Of a stretch of DNA of 64,000 bases, positions 1-8,968 are shown piece by piece. Where the stretch lies: assembly GCA_965205485.1 (NCBI GenBank), contig OZ242180.1, positions 1,088,001 to 1,152,000 of the forward strand, given 5' to 3'. This DNA is from Candidatus Latescibacterota bacterium. GTDB lineage: Bacteria; Latescibacterota; UBA2968; GCA-2709665. Position numbers and translations under genes: made by a program. The notes under the pieces are model-generated. The model made no database searches. It had not been told where the DNA came from and worked only from the letters and a program-made list of their open reading frames with translations. Positions within the stretch are counted from its first letter, which is position 1; the number at the start of each line of letters is the position of its first letter.

Positions 1-591
1 CAGATGCCGGAGATGGACGGTTTGGAGGCGACGCGGATAATCAGGGACGGCGAACGGTCGACAGGCGAGCACGTTCGAATTGCGGCGATGACGGCCCACG
101 TGATGCAGGGCGACAGGGAGCGGTGCCTGGAGGAGGGGATGGACGATTATCTCCCCAAACCCATCCGTGCTGGAGATCTTTACGATATCGTGGAGAACGA
201 TGTCCCATCGGACGATGCAGCGCCGGCCGAACCCAATGTCGATTCCGGTACGCTGGACTGGCAGGGTGCGCTGGAGCAGGTTGGCGGCAACGAGGCGATT
301 TTGGCGGAACTTGCCGGACTCTTCGTTACGGAATACGCGAGGCACCATCAAGAAATGAAACGGGCGATCGGCCACAGCGACAGTACCCTGCTGCGGCGCG
401 CGGCGCATACGCTGAAGGGCTCGGCGGCTGTCTTTCTTGCCAATTCCACCGTAGAGGCGGCGCTGAGGCTGGAAAACATGGCGCGCGAAGGGGACCTGGA
501 AGACGTGAATGAGGCGTTCGCCGCGCTCGAACGAGCGGCTGACGAACTCCTGCCCGCGCTCAAGGAAAGAGCCGCCGCGCTGATTGTGTAG
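1..591 (+). CDS. C-terminal part of hybrid sensor kinase/response regulator (receiver + Hpt domains), truncated by window edge
   Basis: QMPEMDGLEA...AMTAH...GMDDYLPKP receiver motifs and AAHTLKGS Hpt motif; frame is open from position 1. Confidence 0.9.
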   Translation, partial: QMPEMDGLEATRIIRDGERSTGEHVRIAAMTAHVMQGDRERCLEEGMDDYLPKPIRAGDLYDIVENDVPSDDAAPAEPNVDSGTLDWQGALEQVGGNEAILAELAGLFVTEYARHHQEMKRAIGHSDSTLLRRAAHTLKGSAAVFLANSTVEAALRLENMAREGDLEDVNEAFAALERAADELLPALKERAAALIV

Positions 592-601
592 TGGATCGAA
601 T

Positions 602-665
602 GCGGACCTTGCTTTACGATTGGCGCAATATCGGACTTCTCGCATCGTAGCCACCTTCGGTCCGC
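602..665. other. Imperfect ~64-nt inverted repeat just after the kinase stop codon
   Basis: GCGGACC (602-608) pairs with GGTCCGC (659-665); inner TACGAT/ATCGTA. Confidence 0.4.
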
Positions 666-769
666 TTGAAGACATGCGCAGCGGCCATGCCGAAAATCCC
701 TCAAACCTGAAATATTACAGAATGTAGAGTCTATCTTATCGGAAACATCGCATCCAACAGGAGCATAAA

Positions 770-1015
770 ATGTCAATGGAATACCGGCTTCGTCTTCAAA
801 TCAGGCGAGTAGAAAACGGTCAATTCCTGGCTACATCAGAAGATTTCGACGGACTTGTGGCACAGGGGCGAACAGTGGCCGAGACGGTTGAAATCGCTCA
901 AGATGTTGCCAGGAAGCTTGTCGAATCCTGCAGGGAACATGGCGACCCGCTGCCGGATGGTTTGCATGCGATAAATATGGACATCGTGGAATTGGATATT
1001 CCCGTAGGTGTTTGA
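770..1015 (+). CDS. hicB: HicB-family antitoxin (short, no C-terminal DNA-binding domain)
   Basis: ATSEDFDGLVAQGRTVAETVEIA motif; AGGAG SD; stop overlaps hicA start (TGATG). Confidence 0.8.
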   Translation: MSMEYRLRLQIRRVENGQFLATSEDFDGLVAQGRTVAETVEIAQDVARKLVESCREHGDPLPDGLHAINMDIVELDIPVGV

Positions 1016-1239
1016 TGGGCCGGCTCGCGGGTTTCACATATAGACAGTTAATCCGAAGATTGAGGCGGTTGGGATTCACATTTGACCGACACGCACGAGG
1101 CAGTCATGAGATTTGGTGGAATCCCGTTACTCAACGTCGAACGACGATTCCCAATCACTCTGGAGACCTGCCGGAGGGTACCGTAGCGGCCATTCTGAAA
1201 CAAGCCGGAATCACGGCAGTAGAATTTCTTCGAGCGTAA
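1015..1239 (+). CDS. hicA: HicA-family mRNA interferase toxin
   Basis: LGF..DR.ARGSHEIW...TTIPNH.GDLPEGTV.AILKQAG signature; ATG at 1015. Confidence 0.88.
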   Translation: MGRLAGFTYRQLIRRLRRLGFTFDRHARGSHEIWWNPVTQRRTTIPNHSGDLPEGTVAAILKQAGITAVEFLRA

Positions 1240-1249
1240 GATTCCGTTA

Positions 1250-1309
1250 GTCGAATTCGAAATACGATGATGCCCCGTCCGGGGCGTTTTTTGTATATTA
1301 GAATCTGAC
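1250..1309 (+). terminator. Long hairpin with U-tract, probable intrinsic terminator
   Basis: ATGCCCCG-TC-CGGGGCGT followed by T-run; outer arms also pair imperfectly. Confidence 0.6.
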
Positions 1310-1403
1310 AGACCGAATTCCATTCAAAATGCGTACAACTCTAGTCGTGCTACTCGCGTACGGTAACGCGTTGAAATCACCCCACCGGAACAGCCGTCGC
1401 TGG

Positions 1404-1422
1404 CCCTTCGACAAGCTCAGGG
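1404..1422 (+). repeat. REP-like short repeat CCCTTCGACAAGCTCAGGG
   Basis: Core CTTCGACAAGCTCAG recurs on the minus strand at 53330-53344. Confidence 0.65.
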
Positions 1423-1443
1423 GACCGGATTGACCTTTGCGGA

Positions 1444-1461
1444 CTCCCCCTCAAGGGGGAG
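1444..1461. repeat. Short palindrome CTCCCCCTCAAGGGGGAG
   Basis: 8-bp perfect stem; resembles the palindromes at 45361-45384 and 59848-59872. Confidence 0.5.
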
Positions 1462-1602
1462 CAATTGGACAGTTGAACGGGCTCCTGCCTATCCGGCTGA
1501 CGCGGATGGCATTGCCAAATCCCTTTTCGAATTCTGTTGCCCCGATCAACAAACCCGAGGGACGCCATCTTGCAGTGCGAAACCACGCCCGGAGGGCTTG
1601 AC

Positions 1603-1899
1603 ATGAATACGATCGCGCCAGACGATTTCAGGAGGTTTGTTGGTACGCTTCATGGAAAAACGCTTTATACATTGGCACGAAACCGTCCTTTCACCGTCGT
1701 GGTGACCGAAAAAGGCTTCGAATATACACCTCAGTCTACCAATGCCAAGCGACTTCATCGATTTCCCCGAGTACGAATTTATCTTGAGACATTTGCTCGT
1801 ACCGGATCACTTGAGGGCAATGTCTATCACGGGGGCAGTAACCAATCTTACGTTCTGGCGTTGATGAATCTATATAAGGATCGCTATTTGGATTGCTGA
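1603..1899 (+). CDS. Hypothetical protein (98 aa)
   Basis: GGAGGG SD before ATG 1603; protein-like composition; no family recognised. Confidence 0.65.
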   Translation: MNTIAPDDFRRFVGTLHGKTLYTLARNRPFTVVVTEKGFEYTPQSTNAKRLHRFPRVRIYLETFARTGSLEGNVYHGGSNQSYVLALMNLYKDRYLDC

Positions 1900-1985
1900 C
1901 TTGGCGGCTTTGACAGAGTATCCCTGCGATCATCTACATCACAGATCAAATGACCCGAAGCAGTGATCTGAGTCCTTGAAAAGAG

Positions 1986-2918
1986 TTGAATTGCATGTAC
2001 GACGACTGTGATCGCCGACGTATGGCAGAAATCGTAAACAACGCGATTGCTTCATCCAACTTTCGGCTAGTTGTCGAAGAGCTCACGAAGGACGACTTCT
2101 CACCCGACGATAAACGCCCGTTGATCTACTTCTCGACATCTTTTTTTGCTCCAGATCCTCTGGAGAAAATCTTCGCCAAATGTGCAGTCGATCGGCGTTT
2201 AGACTGTCGTCAATTCTACCACTTCAAGTCCGTGGAGAGGGCCATTGACATTCTCAAGAAAGGAACGGTTCAGCTGACTGCGCTTTACTATCATTCGGAA
2301 AACGACAATGAAGAGTACTCAGAATTCTTCCGACGAACCGGCCACACTTATCCGTTGATCACTGGCAATATAAGCGAATTGAAGAAAAAGTCGTTCGTCC
2401 TGTGTCTATCTAAGAGTGCAAGCCGAGAGAAGTTCTGGAACCAATATGCGAAACAGGATAGAGGTGTCTGCCTTGTATTGCGTTACCACATTGGTAGAAT
2501 GGTTTTACAGGAATGCGTAGATTTTCGAGACATCTCGTACGGCACCGGGTACCCTTTCGACTTTATTAAGGAGATTCGGGACCGATTCTTCAGTGAATTT
2601 TGTAAACCACCGTTCATTGACGGGGTATTGAAGTTCGCACGATTCTACAAACGCGCGAAGTACTCGTGGGAGGACGAATCACGAATCTCTTTCGACTACA
2701 ATTATGATTACTCTTCGTTACTATGCAGATCATTTCCGATACAGAAGGTTTTGGAGAACGGAAGGATGCGGGAGTACATAATAGTTCCGTTGAAGAACGA
2801 TTACTTTACATTGGAGGTCAGTGAGATCATCTGTGGGAAGCAGGTTTGTAATGCAGATCTTTCTCGTTTACTTGCCGTGTCTAATTTGCCTACGGATAGG
2901 ATTAGGGTGCGAAAATGA
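1986..2918 (+). CDS. DUF2971-like protein
   Basis: YHF.S...ND.EE...FVLCLS...FWNQYA...GVCL...K..YSWEDESR pattern; start may be ATG 1995 or 2022; AT-richer DNA. Confidence 0.65.
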   Translation: MNCMYDDCDRRRMAEIVNNAIASSNFRLVVEELTKDDFSPDDKRPLIYFSTSFFAPDPLEKIFAKCAVDRRLDCRQFYHFKSVERAIDILKKGTVQLTALYYHSENDNEEYSEFFRRTGHTYPLITGNISELKKKSFVLCLSKSASREKFWNQYAKQDRGVCLVLRYHIGRMVLQECVDFRDISYGTGYPFDFIKEIRDRFFSEFCKPPFIDGVLKFARFYKRAKYSWEDESRISFDYNYDYSSLLCRSFPIQKVLENGRMREYIIVPLKNDYFTLEVSEIICGKQVCNADLSRLLAVSNLPTDRIRVRK

Positions 2919-3066
2919 CTCCACTCAACGATCCAACAGAAATTGCGACTGAAATTCTGCATTGACCGTCAATTCCTGCGGTTAAACTTCGGTAACCGCT
3001 TTGCGGTGGCCTATCAGAACAGGTCAGATATGTGGGGACCGCTGGATGTTTTTGATTGTAAGTAAG

Positions 3067-3126
3067 ACTCCGATTGTGAATGGAGATGATGCCCTCGTTG
3101 GGGGCATTTTCTAGTATATATGGAGT
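3067..3126 (+). terminator. Long hairpin related to the one at 1250-1309, possible terminator
   Basis: GATGATGCCCTC-GTT-GGGGGCATTTT; outer ACTCC/GGAGT. Confidence 0.5.
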
Positions 3127-3265
3127 GCGGAGATTTCAGGGTGATGCGTTTCCGTACAGTCGCGAATCCCCAGGGCTGATGGTAAATGTCGGAGATATTC
3201 CTGCGCTTCAGTCGTGAAGTGATAAAGCAACGAATTTAGGCGCTTCTCTTCAAAGGTCGCTGTAG

Positions 3266-4033
3266 ATGGCATATCCCGATGCGATCGACTTTGACAAGTT
3301 TGTATTTCAAGCTCTTAACGCAATCGGAACAGCAATTAACGGATGGCTTAGTGGGCATCCTCGAGAAGAGGTTGCGCTTATGAATAGAGTCACGGAGCAA
3401 CTGTCTAAGCGCAGGCGGAACTGTGATGTTGGCGCTAAATCGCCCGTTGCTATGGAGTCGGAGGTGTATCAATTACATCGAAGAGGTAGTCAAGGAAAGG
3501 ACCAGTACGGTTCTGATTTAGCAATTACCATGAGTGTTCCTGAATTAAAATGGATCAAGACTGCACTCTTTCAGATTAAGCGTTCAATTGATACATCAGT
3601 TGTAGTCGAAAGACATCAGATATCCGAGGCTTCAAGACTCAATCTGGTTTTGGAACGATCGTTTGTTATCGCAGTTGACGAACAACGACGTTTGATACGC
3701 ATTGAAAGTGCATCCAATATTCGCGATGATTTTAATTGTCAACCTGCCGAGCAGAAAACTCGGACTCTTGACTGTCGCAATTGGGATGGTCTGGTGCATT
3801 GGCTTCACAAATGGCTACATTGCGATGTGGGTGCAGAAAGCAGATCCGACGATCCTAATGGAGTAGAATCTCTTCTACGATCATTTGTTGTGGAGCCTAC
3901 GAACAGAGAAGTCTTCGGCGATTTGCAACCTGATCAGTTGGAAGATTACCTGCCAGCGAGAATTTGGATGCAATTGACATTTAAAGGAACTCCCTCGCAA
4001 GAAGAGTTAACGCTTAAGCGCAGATCAACCTGA
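3266..4033 (+). CDS. Hypothetical protein with PD-(D/E)xK-like (restriction endonuclease fold) motif
   Basis: E in first helix (PREE), GSDLAI, KTALFQIKR (D...QxK variant); AT-richer DNA. Confidence 0.55.
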   Translation: MAYPDAIDFDKFVFQALNAIGTAINGWLSGHPREEVALMNRVTEQLSKRRRNCDVGAKSPVAMESEVYQLHRRGSQGKDQYGSDLAITMSVPELKWIKTALFQIKRSIDTSVVVERHQISEASRLNLVLERSFVIAVDEQRRLIRIESASNIRDDFNCQPAEQKTRTLDCRNWDGLVHWLHKWLHCDVGAESRSDDPNGVESLLRSFVVEPTNREVFGDLQPDQLEDYLPARIWMQLTFKGTPSQEELTLKRRST

Positions 4034-4173
4034 TCTACTTCACGTTACGTCTCACGGTGGGCTGCGCGCATCCACGCTTTGGCCAGGTTGGCAAGGGGGC
4101 TCTTTAGCTACCACTCGCTTTCGGTGAGGTGTGAGGGCAAATAGCCAGTTTTACTCCAGAATTGGAGGCTCAA

Positions 4174-4392
4174 ATGACCCAACTTCTCGAAGAAGCGATT
4201 TCGGAAATCAAGAAGCTTTCGAATGATGAGCAGGACGCGATTGCGGCCGTCCTGATGGCTGAGTTGGCGTCAGAGCGCCAGTGGGAACGCGCATTTGACT
4301 CGTCGGCGGCGCAGTTATCAAACCTTGCAAACGAGGCTCTCGATGAATACCGGGCAGGCAAGACTGAGCCATTCGAGTCGCGCGGCTCATGA
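4174..4392 (+). CDS. Putative antitoxin partner of RelE/ParE-like toxin
   Basis: MTQLLEEAI..IKKL...EQDAIA...W..AF..S...L..LA.EAL.EYRAGKT pattern; GGAGG SD; ATGA overlap with toxin. Confidence 0.75.
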   Translation: MTQLLEEAISEIKKLSNDEQDAIAAVLMAELASERQWERAFDSSAAQLSNLANEALDEYRAGKTEPFESRGS

Positions 4393-4653
4393 CATCCCGG
4401 ACAACCCGTCGTTTTCGTGACGCGCTACTCGATCTTCCCAGACTCCGTTCAAGCTGCCGCTGCTTATGCCCGTTTTCGGATTAATCCGAACCATCCGAGC
4501 TTGCGATTCAAAGAGATACACCCTACCGAACCGATCTACGCTGTCCGAATCACGCGATATTACCGTGCCGTGGGCGTGCGGGCAGAGGGATTGATTGTCT
4601 GGTTCTGGATCGGATCCCATGCCGGCTACGAGCAGCTCATTTCCCGCCTTTAG
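4389..4653 (+). pseudogene. RelE/ParE-like toxin with a 1-nt frameshift near 4437-4440 (real or assembly error)
   Basis: ATG 4389 gives MTSRTTRRFRDALLDLP; the +1 frame continues DSVQ...NPNHPSLRFK...YRAVG...WFWIGSH. Confidence 0.75.
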
Positions 4654-4751
4654 GTGAGCATCCTCGGATCTTCCATGACCGAATAACGATGGTTTGATCG
4701 TGCGCGTCCATAGAGTTGGCGCGGTTCGCAGCGACGTTTCGGAGATACCGC

Positions 4752-5135
4752 ATGATTCGAGTCTACGGACTGAGGAAACATCTGGATCCAGTCAAGGCGA
4801 AGTTATCTGATGTGATCAACGAATGTATGGTCGACGCCCTGTCATTTCCGGGTGACAAGCGCGCTCATCGCTTCATTCCAATGGATCCTGAGGACTTCTT
4901 CTATCCCGATGGCCGTACGGATGCGTACACGGTAATTGAGATTTCTCTGATGGAAGGACGGTCAGACGAAGCCCGGAAGAGGCTCATCCGCCTTTTGTTC
5001 GACCGAATTGAGGAGGATTTGGGGATTGCGCCGATTGACGTGGAGATCACCCTCTTCGAGACTCCTGCCAGTAATTGGGGTTTCCGAGGAATGACGGGGG
5101 ACGAAGCCGCGTTGAACTACCAGGTGGACGTTTAG
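4752..5135 (+). CDS. Tautomerase-superfamily protein without N-terminal Pro
   Basis: LSDVI..C.VDAL.FP.DKRAHRF...RTDAYTVIEI...GRS...NWGFRG; GGAG SD. Confidence 0.8.
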   Translation: MIRVYGLRKHLDPVKAKLSDVINECMVDALSFPGDKRAHRFIPMDPEDFFYPDGRTDAYTVIEISLMEGRSDEARKRLIRLLFDRIEEDLGIAPIDVEITLFETPASNWGFRGMTGDEAALNYQVDV

Positions 5136-5252
5136 GCCTTACGAAGCTGCCGGAACCGCTTTGACTCGCGGCGAAGGGTTCAAGAATGACGTACACAAAC
5201 TGAAGAAGTCGTCGTTTTATAGAATTGGCCTTGGATTCCAGGAGACTTGAAC

Positions 5253-5468
5253 ATGAGAAATGAATTCACGGCGGTGATTGAACGCGACAACGAATGGATC
5301 ATTGCTTATTGCCCCGAGATCCCAGGCGCCAATGGGCAGGGTAAGACCCGGGATGAAGCACTTGCAAGCTTGCGGGATGCGATATCGCTTATCCTAGAGG
5401 ACCGGCGCGAGGACGGACTTCGCGCTGTACCCGCGGATGCCGAACGTGAAGTCGTCGTGGTCGAATGA
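5253..5468 (+). CDS. hicB: HicB-family antitoxin (short)
   Basis: FTAVIE...IAYCPEIPGANGQGKTRDEA..L.DAI; AGGAG SD. Confidence 0.88.
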   Translation: MRNEFTAVIERDNEWIIAYCPEIPGANGQGKTRDEALASLRDAISLILEDRREDGLRAVPADAEREVVVVE

Positions 5469-5656
5469 AACGCCAGGCATTGCAAAAGCACTTGCGTCGT
5501 CACGGTTGCCATCTCAAGCGCGAGGGGCGTTCTCACTCCCTTTGGACAAACCCACAAACAGGCGCAGTCGAGGCGGTGCCGCGACATATCGAGATTCCAA
5601 ACCTTCTCGCGCGCAAGATATGCAGAGAACTTGGAGTACCTGATATAGGTCAATAA
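5465..5656 (+). CDS. hicA: HicA-family toxin
   Basis: MKR..L.KHL...GC.L.REG.SH..W.NP...VPRH.EI; ATGA overlap. Confidence 0.88.
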   Translation: MKRQALQKHLRRHGCHLKREGRSHSLWTNPQTGAVEAVPRHIEIPNLLARKICRELGVPDIGQ

Positions 5657-5669
5657 ATGTGCATTGTAA

Positions 5670-5930
5670 TTGCAAAAGGAGAGTTGTCCAATTAATCTGT
5701 GCTTCAGACGCATCGTCGTTGTCGTCCTGGTAGCCGTGAGTGGTTTGCTGGTAGGCGTGCTTCCGTTTGTCCTCGGAACGGTGAATACCACCCTTCCGCT
5801 CTGGTTGTGGGGCATCGTCACCGCCGGCGCCGTGACGTTACTGAGTTCGGCTTCGGCCGTTGGAACCGCGTTGATTGCCAGGATGGCGAAGCAGCGAGCG
5901 CCGTGGGGTGCGGGCGGTGACGCGGTGTAG
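5670..5930 (+). CDS. Possible small two-helix membrane protein
   Basis: Two hydrophobic stretches; weak start context. Confidence 0.3.
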   Translation: MQKESCPINLCFRRIVVVVLVAVSGLLVGVLPFVLGTVNTTLPLWLWGIVTAGAVTLLSSASAVGTALIARMAKQRAPWGAGGDAV

Positions 5931-5949
5931 TTAAGAAGATAGTTGGAGG

Positions 5950-6657
5950 ATGAGACCCTTGCGCATCTCAGCGATTTCATTTGACGGCGACATGACGTTG
6001 TGGGATTTTCACAGGGTCATGCGGCATTCACTGAAACATGCATTGGTGGAACTGCGCAGGAAGGTCCCAACAGAACCTGCATTGTGCCTCACGGTCGATG
6101 AGATGATTGACGTTCGCGATCGGGTTGCCGACGAATTGAGGGGCAAGGTCTGGAATCTCTCGGAAATCAGACGAATTGCATTTGAGAGGACGCTCGAGCG
6201 TGTAGGCTGTCACGACAGAAGTCTGGCTCGTCATCTGAATCAGGTATATCGGAAACACCGCTTTGAAGACATCGAGTTGTACCCGGATGTGTTGCCGGCT
6301 CTGGATGTTCTATCGCCACATTTCAAGATCGGACTTTTGTCAAACGGGAACAGCTACCCCGAACAATGCGGACTTGAAGGACGATTTGCCTTTGTCGTAT
6401 TCTCCCAGGATGTGCGTATCGAGAAGCCCGATCGACGGATTTTTGAGATCACCGCGCGACGTGCGGGCTGTGCGCCGGAGCAGCTTCTGCACGTGGGGGA
6501 TTCCCTGGAAAACGACGTTGCGGGAGCGCGTCATGCCGGAGCGCCTGCCATGTGGCTGAATCGCGATGGCGCGAGAAACGACTCCGGGATCCAGGCGGAT
6601 TACGAGATTACTTCGTTGGCTGAACTGCCTCCGCTATTGGGAGTTGGTCGCGGCTGA
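5950..6657 (+). CDS. HAD-family hydrolase
   Basis: FDGDMTL, LSNG, EKPD, HVGDSLENDV motifs; GGAGG SD. Confidence 0.9.
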   Translation: MRPLRISAISFDGDMTLWDFHRVMRHSLKHALVELRRKVPTEPALCLTVDEMIDVRDRVADELRGKVWNLSEIRRIAFERTLERVGCHDRSLARHLNQVYRKHRFEDIELYPDVLPALDVLSPHFKIGLLSNGNSYPEQCGLEGRFAFVVFSQDVRIEKPDRRIFEITARRAGCAPEQLLHVGDSLENDVAGARHAGAPAMWLNRDGARNDSGIQADYEITSLAELPPLLGVGRG

Positions 6658-6787
6658 TCACTTGCCGGGTACGTGGATTCCTTGACGTTTGGAATCCTGG
6701 CTCTTCCGAAGAGAATACGGCAACAACAGCAACGCCGACCTCCATCCGAACCTATATTTTTCGCTTCCAGATTAACAGAAAGAGAGT

Positions 6788-7243
6788 ATGGCAAAACAGA
6801 AGGTCTATTTGGACTCAACTGTTGCAAGTGCATATTACGATTCAAGAACGCCTGAACGGCAGGGTCAGACCCTTGAATTCTGGAAGTTTCTATTGCTTGA
6901 ATTTGAAGCTGTCATTTCAACCGTTGTCCTGTCAGAAATTCGCGGCACTCCAGATGCCGGCAGAAGACGGCAATTGGAAGATCTGGTGGAGGGATTTGGA
7001 GTCCTGGCGTTTGACGAAGAAGCCGACGCTCTCGCTCAGGAATATGTCCGAAGGGGAGTATTTCCCGAAAAATATATAGATGACGCCAACCACGTTGCTA
7101 TTGCAGTGACCAATGGAATTGGGTATTTTTGCAGTTGGAATTTCACACATCTTGTAAAGGTAAACACGCGACGGGAAGTTAATGCGATCAGTGTATTGAA
7201 GGGGTATGGTCCGCTGGAGATTTTCGCTCCACCGGAGCTATAG
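6788..7243 (+). CDS. PIN-domain (VapC-like) toxin
   Basis: VYLDSTV...VLSEI...DANHVAIA...SWNFTHLV. Confidence 0.85.
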   Translation: MAKQKVYLDSTVASAYYDSRTPERQGQTLEFWKFLLLEFEAVISTVVLSEIRGTPDAGRRRQLEDLVEGFGVLAFDEEADALAQEYVRRGVFPEKYIDDANHVAIAVTNGIGYFCSWNFTHLVKVNTRREVNAISVLKGYGPLEIFAPPEL

Positions 7244-7253
7244 GAGAAGATCC

Positions 7254-7439
7254 ATGAGGGAATTGACCCACGTAGAGAAGGAGAAGATCCGGGAGGATGT
7301 ACGGAAGGAATTTCCAAATGACGAAATGATGCAGGAAATCCACTTCATTCGGCAGGTGCACTATCTTCAGACCAAAGATTCATCGTTGGAAGAACGCCTT
7401 CGCTTTTTTGAAGCTTCGAATCAAAAGGCATCGGTTTAG
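7254..7439 (+). CDS. Small protein, probable PIN-toxin partner
   Basis: AGGAG SD and ATG 7254, 10 nt after the PIN stop; charged helical 61 aa. Confidence 0.6.
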   Translation: MRELTHVEKEKIREDVRKEFPNDEMMQEIHFIRQVHYLQTKDSSLEERLRFFEASNQKASV

Positions 7440-7474
7440 TCGGATACGTAACTGACGATGGTAAGCCCCGCATG

Positions 7475-7512
7475 TGACAGCCCTCTATCGTTTGACGCGA
7501 AGGGGGCTGTCA
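7475..7512. terminator. Hairpin downstream of the PIN pair
   Basis: TGACAGCCCTC / GGGGGCTGTCA stem; no U-tract. Confidence 0.4.
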
Positions 7513-7602
7513 GCGTATAGCCCTTACGGTCGCGCCGCGGTCGTGGAGTTAATCCTCAGCTCGAATACGACAACGGCGACGACATTCTGATGGAGGATCC
7601 GG

Positions 7603-8187
7603 ATGGTGGGCTGGATCGAATTGACATTCACGGTTGACACCGGCAGGGAATCTCTGGTTGTCGTCGATGACGAACGAGTCCGTTTGCTCGCTGACCCCCT
7701 TCGCCGGTGCATCCTGGAAACTCTCGAGGAAGGGAAAACCGTGGCGGAGATTTCGTCGACGTTGGGTGTGACTGATTCCCGCATCCTCCGCCACCTGGAG
7801 CGACTTGCGGAATCAGATATCGTACATCTTCAGCAAAGCGGTGGCGATCCGACTGCATGGCGCTGTCTCCCGGCGGCAGACCGAATTCGATTTCCGGACC
7901 CACGTGACAATAATGCCGAATCCACCGAGGCGGTATCTTCAGAAGTGGCCTGCCAGTTCAACCAGGCGTTTCGGGAGAGTGCGGACGGTATATTCGGGCC
8001 GAGATTTCAAAGCTCCGTCAACCACAACCGCGCTCGACTTTCGGAACGGCAGGCGGCCGAATTCAACCGTCGGCTCCTGGAACTGATAGAGGAGTACTTT
8101 CCACCCGGCAAGGGAGATCCTTCCGGAATCAAGTATGGCTTTTTCGGCGTGCTGACTCCAATTGATCTTGCGCCTCTTGAGGCGTGA
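7603..8187 (+). CDS. ArsR-like winged-HTH regulator
   Basis: LADPLRRCILETL...TVAEISSTLG...HLERL; C-terminal LSE.QA.EF...L..LIEEY. Confidence 0.75.
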   Translation: MVGWIELTFTVDTGRESLVVVDDERVRLLADPLRRCILETLEEGKTVAEISSTLGVTDSRILRHLERLAESDIVHLQQSGGDPTAWRCLPAADRIRFPDPRDNNAESTEAVSSEVACQFNQAFRESADGIFGPRFQSSVNHNRARLSERQAAEFNRRLLELIEEYFPPGKGDPSGIKYGFFGVLTPIDLAPLEA

Positions 8188-8245
8188 CTCAGGAGATTCG
8201 TCGCGATCCAGGGTGTGGACAAGAAAAACCGGAAAACAGGTACCC

Positions 8246-8848
8246 ATGATGCGCTGCCACTTTATTCGCCATGGTAAGAGAGAACTTAGGATCGGCGATC
8301 CGCCATTGACCCCGGAAGGTCGGGAAGAGGCCGAACGGCTCGCCGGGAAGTTGGCAACACACGATATCACAAGAATCTTCAGCAGTCCACTGGCGCGTAC
8401 AAGAGATACTGCGGGGATCATCGCCGCTGTCTTGAATCTCGAAGTTACCGAAGATTCACGGCTGCGGGAACGAGTGAATTGGGGAGACATTGAGGGCCAA
8501 TCATTCGATGAATTTATGGCTCAGTGGGAGCGCTGTTCCAGAGAACGGGACTACCAACCCGCTGTTGGTGATTCAAGCGTAGCGGCCGGGAGGCGCATTG
8601 AGGACTTCGTTACCGATCGCTATCGTCAGTTATCCCGGGATACTGTGATCGGGGTGACCCATGGTGGTGTCCTGGCAGACTTCCTTCTCAATGTCTTTTC
8701 GTCTGAAAAGCTGACTCGTGTCAGACCGAAATTCTGCAATGACCCATACGGTGGAGAAGTCTTGCGAGAATGCTCGATTACGACCGTTGCATACGATGGC
8801 AGCGAATATCGACTTGAAGCCGTTGGGGCCATCGTAATAGAAAATTAA
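8246..8848 (+). CDS. Histidine phosphatase (phosphoglycerate mutase family)
   Basis: RHG, SSPLART, LRER, VTHGG motifs. Confidence 0.9.
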   Translation: MMRCHFIRHGKRELRIGDPPLTPEGREEAERLAGKLATHDITRIFSSPLARTRDTAGIIAAVLNLEVTEDSRLRERVNWGDIEGQSFDEFMAQWERCSRERDYQPAVGDSSVAAGRRIEDFVTDRYRQLSRDTVIGVTHGGVLADFLLNVFSSEKLTRVRPKFCNDPYGGEVLRECSITTVAYDGSEYRLEAVGAIVIEN

Positions 8849-8968
8849 CTTCGGGCAGGGGTTGCCTGATCATTACGTCTACAGCGGCCCCCGCCAATTG
8901 AGGAAACAAAATTCGGACAACCATTGGTAGTCGCATTTCTGCGTGGATTATCACGAATATGGAACCCC

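Noticed and set aside
2931..2987. attC-like ATCCAAC...GTTAAAC after DUF2971
   Set aside because: R boxes pair only at AAC/GTT, L-box spacing is off, and no equivalent follows the other genes; at best a degenerate site.
4430..4445. Programmed ribosomal frameshift in the toxin
   Set aside because: No canonical slippery site or stimulator seen; an indel is simpler.
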